Assembly (NCBI GenBank): GCA_947499615.1
Contig: CANMOP010000010.1
Coordinates: 2,306 to 66,305, forward strand
Reading direction: 5' to 3'
From: Chloroflexota bacterium
Lineage (GTDB): Bacteria; Chloroflexota; Dehalococcoidia; UBA2979
DNA: 64,000 nucleotides
Made by a program: the position numbers and the translations under genes. The notes under the pieces are model-generated. The model saw only the letters and a program-made list of their open reading frames with translations, was not told where the DNA came from and ran no database searches. Shown piece by piece: positions 57,320-64,000 of the stretch. The first letter of the stretch is position 1. Every line of letters starts with the position of its first letter.

Positions 57320-58630
57320 ATGCTGACCTACGTAGGCCTCAGCCATCACACAGCGCCGATCGAGGTGCGCGAGCAGCTGGCTATCGCCGCGGATGATCTG
57401 CCGGGCGTGCTTGCGGAGCTGGGCCGACGCTTTGGCGCGGGCACCATCGTCAACACATGCAACCGCATCGAGGTGTACCTGCCGGGCACACACGAGCGCG
57501 CGGACGTACTCGAGTTCCTCTCGCAGACGACCGGCGCGGATCGAGATCTGGCGGACCGGCATTTCGCAGCAGCGCACCATCTGGATGCCGTGCGCCACCT
57601 CTACACCGTCGCGGCCGGCCTCGACTCGATGGTGCTCGGCGAACACGAAGTGCTCGGCCAGGTTCGGGCCGCCTTCTCCGCGGCGACCGCCGCTCGTACC
57701 GATGACGCGATGCTCTCGCGGCTGTTTCACAGCGCGATCCGCGTCGGCCGACGCGCGCGAGCCGAGACCGCGATCAGCCACCACGCGGTCTCCGTCTCCT
57801 CAATCGCCGTGCAGCAGGCACGCGCCCTCTATCCGGAGACGGAACACGCCACCGTGCTGGTGATTGGTGCCGGCGAGGCAGGACGATTGGCCGCTGCGGC
57901 ATTGATTGACCGTGGGGTCGGCCAAGTGCTGGTCGTGAACCGCACCGCCGAACGTGGACAGGCGCTGGCTGCGGAGCTCGGCGGCCGTGCCCTCCGCCTC
58001 GACCAGTTGGAGGACGCGATCGCGTCGGCCGACGTGGTCATCGCCGCCGCGGATACGCCGGAGCCGCTGGTGACCGTGCCCCTCGTACACGCCGCGATGG
58101 CGCGACGCCCCGGGCGGCCCCTGCTCGTGATCGACATCGGTATGCCGCGCGACTGCGACCCAGCGATCGGCGAGCTGCCGGACGTGACGCACTACGACCT
58201 GGACGATTTGCAGGCGATCGCCGCCGAGCACTTCGCCGCGCGTGCGGGCGAGGTGGACGCGGTGCGAGCCATCGTCGATCAGGAAGCCGATCGCTTCCTC
58301 ACCTGGTGGGAGCAGCTCCAGGTTGCCCCCACCATCACCGCGCTCACGGAACGTGCGGAGCGCGTACGTCAGGCGGAGCTCACTCGCACGCTGCGCCGCC
58401 TGGATGTCACCTCGGAGGAGCGTGTGCACCTGGACGCGCTCACCAAGGCGATCGTGAAGCAGTTGCTGCACGACCCGATCAGTAGTCTGCGCGAGTTCGG
58501 CAACCGCGAGGTCTTCGTCGATACAGCGCGTCGGCTGTTCCGGCTCGATGTCATCGAGGACGAAGACGACGGCAACCTCGATGCCGCCACGGCCGGGAAC
58601 TTCCGCGCCGATGATCCGTCCGGCGCATGA
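57320..58630 (+). CDS. hemA: Glutamyl-tRNA reductase
   Basis: HHTAP, TCNR.E, GLDSMVLGE..VLGQ, GAGE and DIGMPRD motifs. Confidence 0.95.
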   Translation: MLTYVGLSHHTAPIEVREQLAIAADDLPGVLAELGRRFGAGTIVNTCNRIEVYLPGTHERADVLEFLSQTTGADRDLADRHFAAAHHLDAVRHLYTVAAGLDSMVLGEHEVLGQVRAAFSAATAARTDDAMLSRLFHSAIRVGRRARAETAISHHAVSVSSIAVQQARALYPETEHATVLVIGAGEAGRLAAAALIDRGVGQVLVVNRTAERGQALAAELGGRALRLDQLEDAIASADVVIAAADTPEPLVTVPLVHAAMARRPGRPLLVIDIGMPRDCDPAIGELPDVTHYDLDDLQAIAAEHFAARAGEVDAVRAIVDQEADRFLTWWEQLQVAPTITALTERAERVRQAELTRTLRRLDVTSEERVHLDALTKAIVKQLLHDPISSLREFGNREVFVDTARRLFRLDVIEDEDDGNLDAATAGNFRADDPSGA

Positions 58631-59559
58631 CAGCGTTACGAGCCCTTACTAGCCTGCGCGTCGCCAGCCGTGGCTCTGCGCTCGCGCTTGCGCAGGCTGC
58701 GCTGGCGGTACAGGCACTGCAGCAGCAGGATCCCGCGCTGCGGATCAACTATGTCCAAATCACCACCGAGGGTGATGTCGACCGCTCCACACCGTTAAGC
58801 ATACTGGGCGGCCGCGGTGTCTTCGTGCGTGGAGTGGAGGATGCGCTGTTGGAGGGTCGTGCGGACATCGCCGTGCACTCCATGAAGGACGTACCCACCG
58901 AACTCGCGCCCGGCCTCACCATCGGCGCGGTGTTGCCTCGAGGCGACGCGCGCGACGTGCTGGTGGCATCCGGCGGGCGACGGCTCGCCGATCTGCCCGC
59001 GGGTGCACGCGTCGGCACCTCATCGCAACGCCGTGTGGCGATGCTGGCGCTGATGCGTCCGGACATCGAGGCGGTCGAGGTGCGCGGGAACGTCGACACA
59101 CGCATTCGCAAGGTCATGGACGGCGAATTGGACGGCGTACTGCTCGCGGCGGCAGGCCTCGAACGGCTCGGACGGCTTGCCGAGGCGACGCAACTGTTCG
59201 ATGCGCAGGAGTTCGTCCCCGCACCGGCGCAGGGCATCGTCGCAATCGAATGCCGCGAGGATGACGAGGCCGTGCTGGCGTTGCTGGCGACCATCGACGA
59301 CGCGCGCACGCGCACCGCAGCGACCGCAGAGCGCGCGTTCCTGCGCGCCCTCGGCTCCGGATGCACGCTGCCTGTTGGCGCCTACGCACGCCTCGATCGC
59401 GACCTCGTCGTGCTGCGCGCGATGATCCAGGACGAGGCCGTAGGACACCCGATCTTCGGCGACGGCACCGGCGCGTCCGGTGGCGCGGATGCCCTCGGTG
59501 CCGGCATGGCCGAACGGCTGACGATGTTGATCGACCGCATCAAGGCGCCGCAGCCGTGA
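58627..59559 (+). CDS. hemC: Hydroxymethylbilane synthase
   Basis: SRGSALA..Q, AVHSMKD, GTSS.RR, RGNVDTR and GCTLP motifs. Confidence 0.96.
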   Translation: MTALRALTSLRVASRGSALALAQAALAVQALQQQDPALRINYVQITTEGDVDRSTPLSILGGRGVFVRGVEDALLEGRADIAVHSMKDVPTELAPGLTIGAVLPRGDARDVLVASGGRRLADLPAGARVGTSSQRRVAMLALMRPDIEAVEVRGNVDTRIRKVMDGELDGVLLAAAGLERLGRLAEATQLFDAQEFVPAPAQGIVAIECREDDEAVLALLATIDDARTRTAATAERAFLRALGSGCTLPVGAYARLDRDLVVLRAMIQDEAVGHPIFGDGTGASGGADALGAGMAERLTMLIDRIKAPQP

Positions 59560-61112
59560 GCACCACTGCCAAAGCAGGCGCCGGCGACGGACACGTCTGG
59601 CTGGTGGGCGGTGGCCCCGGGGATCCTGGCTACATCACCGTTGCAGGCCTCGCGGCGCTGCGGCGCGCAGACGTCGTGCTGTACGACCGCCTCTCGCCGC
59701 CCGAGCTGCTGGACGAGTGCCCTCCGGAAGCAGTGCGCATCGATGTCGGCAAGGCCGTCGGTCGGCAGGCGATGACACAGGACCAAATCAACGCGGCGCT
59801 CGTCGAACACGGACGCGCGGGCAAGCGAGTGGTGCGTCTCAAGGGCGGCGACCCGTTCGTCTTCGGGCGCGGCGGCGAGGAAGCCGAGGCGCTGATCGAA
59901 GCCGGTATCGCGGTGACGGAGATACCTGGCATCACCTCGGCGATTGGTGGACTTGCCGCGGCCGGCATCCCGATCACGCATCGTGGCATCGCCGCCTCGT
60001 TCGCCGTGGTCACGGGCCACGAGGCGCCCACGCGCAGCGAACAGGCGACCGACTGGCAGCACCTCGCCACCGCCGTGGACACGCTGGTCGTGCTCATGGG
60101 CGTGGGCAACCTCGACGCGATTGCCGCCGCTCTGATCGAGGGTGGCCGCGCACGATCGACGCCATGCGCGCTCGTGCACGCCGCGACCACTCCGCAACAG
60201 CGGGTGGTCGCGGCGACGCTCGAACACATCGCGCAGGCCGCGCGCGACGAGGGCGTGGAGGCGCCAGCCCTCTTTGTGGTGGGCGAGGTGGTACGACTGC
60301 GCTCACGACTCGCGGCGGCCGGTCGGGGCACGCTCGCCGGGAAGCGCGTGCTCATCACCCGCACCCGCCAGCAGGCGTCGAGTCTCGCCGAGGCGTTGCG
60401 CAGCGAGAGCGCGCTGCCGGTGCTGCTCCCCGCAATCGAGATACTGCGTCGCGCCGACCCCTCGGCCGTGGACGCAGCCGTCCAGGCGCTGCGCTCGGGA
60501 GCGTACGGCTGGGTCGTCTTCACCTCGGAGAACGCTGTCGAGGTGACGTTCGAACTGCTGCGCGATCGCGACGCCGATGCACGACTGTTCGCGGGAGCGC
60601 GCCTGTGCGCGATCGGCCCCGCGACCGCCGACGCGCTGCTCGCCCGCGGGCTGCGCGCGGACCTCGTGCCTGCCGAAGCGACCGGCGAGGGCGCGCTCGC
60701 GGCGCTGCTCGCCGCCGGCGCCGGCGGAACGCAAGTGCTGCTGCCGCGTGCGGAGGGTGCGCGCATGGTGCTGCCCGATGGACTGCGAGCGGCCGGTTCG
60801 ACCGTCGACGAATTGACACTCTACCTCGCGGCGCCGCCAGCGAGCCCGCCGGAAGGTGCGCTCGACCGCATCCGCCGCGGCGAGATCGATATCGTGACGT
60901 TCACCTCATCCTCCACGGTGCGCAACCTGGTCGCGGTGCTCGGGCGGGACATCGAGGCGCTGCGCGGCGCACTGATCGCGTGCATCGGCCCCTCCACCGC
61001 CGACGCTGCCCGCGAGGCCGGATTCGTGCCCGACGTGGTGGCGGCTGAGTACACGATCGCGGGCCTCGTCGCTGCCCTGCGCGCGGCAGTGAATATGCGG
61101 GAGCAAGCATGA
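59556..61112 (+). CDS. cobA: Fused uroporphyrinogen-III C-methyltransferase/uroporphyrinogen-III synthase (CobA-HemD)
   Basis: [24 protein letters not shown] and PGITS; HemD half VLITR, FTSENAV, AIGPAT and FTSSSTV. Confidence 0.93.
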   Translation: MSTTAKAGAGDGHVWLVGGGPGDPGYITVAGLAALRRADVVLYDRLSPPELLDECPPEAVRIDVGKAVGRQAMTQDQINAALVEHGRAGKRVVRLKGGDPFVFGRGGEEAEALIEAGIAVTEIPGITSAIGGLAAAGIPITHRGIAASFAVVTGHEAPTRSEQATDWQHLATAVDTLVVLMGVGNLDAIAAALIEGGRARSTPCALVHAATTPQQRVVAATLEHIAQAARDEGVEAPALFVVGEVVRLRSRLAAAGRGTLAGKRVLITRTRQQASSLAEALRSESALPVLLPAIEILRRADPSAVDAAVQALRSGAYGWVVFTSENAVEVTFELLRDRDADARLFAGARLCAIGPATADALLARGLRADLVPAEATGEGALAALLAAGAGGTQVLLPRAEGARMVLPDGLRAAGSTVDELTLYLAAPPASPPEGALDRIRRGEIDIVTFTSSSTVRNLVAVLGRDIEALRGALIACIGPSTADAAREAGFVPDVVAAEYTIAGLVAALRAAVNMREQA

Positions 61113-62101
61113 CCACACGCACCATACCCACCGAGTTCGCACGCACGCGCCGCACACGCGGGAGCGCCGCAATGCGCGCGTTGGTGCGGGAAACGCGCCT
61201 CGACCCCGCGCAGTTCATCTACCCGCTGTTCGTGACACACGGCCGCGGGGTGCGCGAGCCGATCTCCTCGATGCCGGGGCAGGCGCGGATCTCGGTGGAT
61301 CTGCTGGCCGCCGAGGCCCGCGAGTTGCGCAGCCTCGGCATTCGCGCGGTGTTGCTGTTCGGTATCCCGGAGGCGAAGGACGCCGTTGGGAGCGAGGGAT
61401 ACGCCGTGGACGGCATCGTGCAGCAGGCCACGCGCGCGCTGAAGGACGCCGATCCGGAGCTGCTGGTCGTCGGCGACGTCTGCCTCTGCGAGTACACAGA
61501 CCACGGCCACTGCGGGCTGCTCACGCCGCGCGGCGAGGTCGAAAACGACGCCTCGCTAGAGTTGTTGGCGCGCGCGGCGGTCTCGCTGGCGGACGCGGGT
61601 GCGGACCTCATCGCGCCGTCGGACATGATGGACGGGCGCGTGGGCGCAATCCGGCAGGCGCTGGACGACGCGGGCCACCTCGCGCTGCCGATCATGGCGT
61701 ACAGCGCGAAGTACGCCTCCGCGTTCTACGGCCCGTTCCGCGAGGCCGCGGACTCCACACCGGCGTTCGGCGACCGCCGCGGCTACCAGATGGACCCCGC
61801 GAACAGCCGCGAGGCGCTGCGCGAGGTGGCTGCGGACATCGCGGAGCAGGCAGACATCGTCATGGTGAAGCCGGCGCTCGCGTACCTCGATGTCATTCGT
61901 GCCGTGCGAGAGGCGACCACGCTGCCGGTGGCGGCCTACAACGTCTCCGGCGAGTATGCGATGGTGAAGGCGGCAGCCGCGCAGGGCTGGCTGGACGAGC
62001 GAGCGATCGTGCTGGAGACGCTGACCTCCATCCGGCGCGCGGGCGCGGACATCGTGATCACGTACCACGCCAAGGAGGCAGCGCGCTGGCTGAGCGAGTG
62101 A
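61109..62101 (+). CDS. hemB: Porphobilinogen synthase (Zn-type)
   Basis: [27 protein letters not shown] and MVKP motifs. Confidence 0.97.
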   Translation: MTTRTIPTEFARTRRTRGSAAMRALVRETRLDPAQFIYPLFVTHGRGVREPISSMPGQARISVDLLAAEARELRSLGIRAVLLFGIPEAKDAVGSEGYAVDGIVQQATRALKDADPELLVVGDVCLCEYTDHGHCGLLTPRGEVENDASLELLARAAVSLADAGADLIAPSDMMDGRVGAIRQALDDAGHLALPIMAYSAKYASAFYGPFREAADSTPAFGDRRGYQMDPANSREALREVAADIAEQADIVMVKPALAYLDVIRAVREATTLPVAAYNVSGEYAMVKAAAAQGWLDERAIVLETLTSIRRAGADIVITYHAKEAARWLSE

Positions 62102-62937
62102 CGGCGGAAGGCTCGAGCATGGAGGCATCTGCAGCTCCGCTGTCTGCATGCGCCACGTTCGACCCCTCAGCGATCCGCGCCGTGGCGTTCGATGCGTACG
62201 GGACACTGTTCTCATGGGACTTCCAGGCCGCGATCAAAGATGTGCTCGACCAGCAGGGGTTGCCCGGCGACCACGAGGAGATCGCGAAGACCTTCCAGCA
62301 GGAAGCGTTTCGCAAGGTCAGCATCTGGGCGCCCGACCATGCCGTCGAGGATGGCAAACTCGACCGCCAGAAGATGCTCGATGTTCCCGCGCGCGAGTGG
62401 GTCACGACCTGGGAGATGTGGCGTCGACAGTTCGTATACACGTTCGAGAAGTACGAGTTGCGCGGCGACGCCGAGGCTGGCGCCAGCCACCTGCGTACGG
62501 TGTTGAGCCACGCCCCCGCCTACCCGGACGCCCACGAGACGATTGAGCGCCTCGCACGGCACGGTCTGCTGCTGGGCCTGATGTCGAACGCCGACGAGGA
62601 TTTCTTGCAGAGCGCCGTGTCGTTCAACCGGCTGCGCTTCTCCGTGATCCAGTCATCGGAGTCGCTGCGCATGTACAAGCCAGCGCGCACCGCATTCCTC
62701 GCGCTCTGCCATCGCCTCGGTTACGTACCGAGCGAGGTGCTGTACGTCGGAGACTCCGCCGCGACCGACGTAGTCGGCTCAATGCACGCGGGCATGCGGG
62801 CCGCGTGGATCAAGCGCCCCGAGGAGCAGACACCACCGGCACCGCTCGCACCCGGCGACCCGCCGCGTGAAGACCCGCCAACACCGGACATCGAAGTTGC
62901 ATCTCTCGCCGAGATCGCGGAGGCATTCGGAGCATGA
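62098..62937 (+). CDS. HAD-superfamily hydrolase
   Basis: FDAYGTL, SNAD, YKP and YVGDS..DV.G motifs; start overlaps the hemB stop. Confidence 0.85.
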   Translation: MTAEGSSMEASAAPLSACATFDPSAIRAVAFDAYGTLFSWDFQAAIKDVLDQQGLPGDHEEIAKTFQQEAFRKVSIWAPDHAVEDGKLDRQKMLDVPAREWVTTWEMWRRQFVYTFEKYELRGDAEAGASHLRTVLSHAPAYPDAHETIERLARHGLLLGLMSNADEDFLQSAVSFNRLRFSVIQSSESLRMYKPARTAFLALCHRLGYVPSEVLYVGDSAATDVVGSMHAGMRAAWIKRPEEQTPPAPLAPGDPPREDPPTPDIEVASLAEIAEAFGA

Positions 62938-63016
62938 CCGGCGCGCTCGCCAGCGCAGCGACAGTAACCGCTCGCACTACACAAACAACCCGTGGACTGC
63001 AGGATTGGACGCCCGA

Positions 63017-64000
63017 ATGAACCGAGACCGCTCGCGCGACATCATGCAGCGCGCACGTACGTTGCTACCGGGCGGCGTCGACTCGCCCGTCCGCGCCTAT
63101 CGTGCCGTCGGCGGCGAACCCGTCGTGCTGGCGAAGGGCAGCGGCGCGATAGTCACCGACGTCGATGGTAACGAGTACATCGACTACGTCTGCTCCTTCG
63201 GCCCGTTGATCCTCGGGCACGCGCACCCACACGTCGTGCACGCGATCCGCGAGGCCGCGGGCCACGGCACATCGTTCGGTGCGCCCACGGAGGCCGAGGT
63301 CGAGCTCGCGGCACGCGTCATCGCAGCGGTGCCGTCGGTCGAGATGGTGCGCTTCGTCAACTCCGGCACGGAGGCGACGATGACCGCGCTGCGGTTGGCG
63401 CGCGCAGTCACCGGTCGCGACCTAGTGCTGAAGTTTGACGGTGGATACCACGGGCACGCAGACGGACTGCTCGCTTCGGCGGGCTCCGGTGTCGCGACGC
63501 TCGGGCTGCCGGACTCGCCCGGCGTCCCGGCGGCATTCGCCGCGCAAACGCTGGTCACGCCGTACAACGACCTTGCGGCCGCGCGCGTGGCGTTCGAGGC
63601 GCACCCCGGGCAGATCGCGTGCATCATCGTGGAGCCGGTAGCCGGGAACATGGGACTGGTGCGCCCGGGCGAGGGCTTCCTGCAGGGGTTGCGCGCGCTC
63701 TGCGACGAGTTCGGCGCGCTGCTGCTGTTCGACGAGGTAATCACCGGGTTCCGCTCCGGGCCGGGCGGCGCACAGCAACTGTTCGACGTTCGCCCGGACA
63801 TCACGGCGCTCGGCAAGGTGATCGGCGGCGGTCTACCCGTCGGCGCGTACGGCGCATCGCGAGCGATCATGGAGCGCATGGCGCCCGCGGGAGACGTGTA
63901 CCAGGCCGGCACGCTCTCCGGAAATCCGTTGGCGATGGCTGCGGGCATCGCAACACTCGACGCGATTGCGGCACACTCCGACCCGTACGGTCGCCTCGAT
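63017..64000 (+). CDS. hemL: Glutamate-1-semialdehyde 2,1-aminomutase (partial, runs off the window)
   Basis: Translated by eye: [38 protein letters not shown] and QAGTLSGNP; no stop before the window end. Confidence 0.96.
   Translation, partial: MNRDRSRDIMQRARTLLPGGVDSPVRAYRAVGGEPVVLAKGSGAIVTDVDGNEYIDYVCSFGPLILGHAHPHVVHAIREAAGHGTSFGAPTEAEVELAARVIAAVPSVEMVRFVNSGTEATMTALRLARAVTGRDLVLKFDGGYHGHADGLLASAGSGVATLGLPDSPGVPAAFAAQTLVTPYNDLAAARVAFEAHPGQIACIIVEPVAGNMGLVRPGEGFLQGLRALCDEFGALLLFDEVITGFRSGPGGAQQLFDVRPDITALGKVIGGGLPVGAYGASRAIMERMAPAGDVYQAGTLSGNPLAMAAGIATLDAIAAHSDPYGRLD

Overview
High-GC bacterial chromosomal segment, probably Chloroflexota/Dehalococcoidia-like (inferred from gene content only). 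It is mostly housekeeping: infB-rbfA-truB; a LysR gene divergent from an ino1/phosphatidylinositol-mannoside-type lipid operon that is partly decayed; prfB with its programmed frameshift; folD/acpS/nnr; fabD-fabF-fabF; recJ; tyrS/ribF/scpA; aroF/aroH; a Trp T-box-controlled trpE-X-GDCFB operon with trpA split off; gmk/tyrA; pyrE/lepB; dcd-ribD-ribE-ribBA-ribH; dinB; and a large tetrapyrrole/heme cluster running off the right end. Main candidates for new biology: (1) a translationally coupled aldo/keto reductase-AhbAB-ChdC operon in a heme cluster with no AhbC/AhbD or HemE/Y/H in the window, possibly a radical-SAM-free siroheme-to-heme route, accompanied by a BldC-like HTH regulator and a shared operator-like motif; (2) a lower-GC orphan ApeA-like HEPN gene with an amber codon inside its RxxxxH motif and an intact reading frame beyond it; (3) a Trp T-box followed by a Trp-rich leader ORF whose stop overlaps the trpE start. 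No rRNA, tRNA, CRISPR array or transposase was recognised. All product calls come from visual motif recognition; no searches were run.
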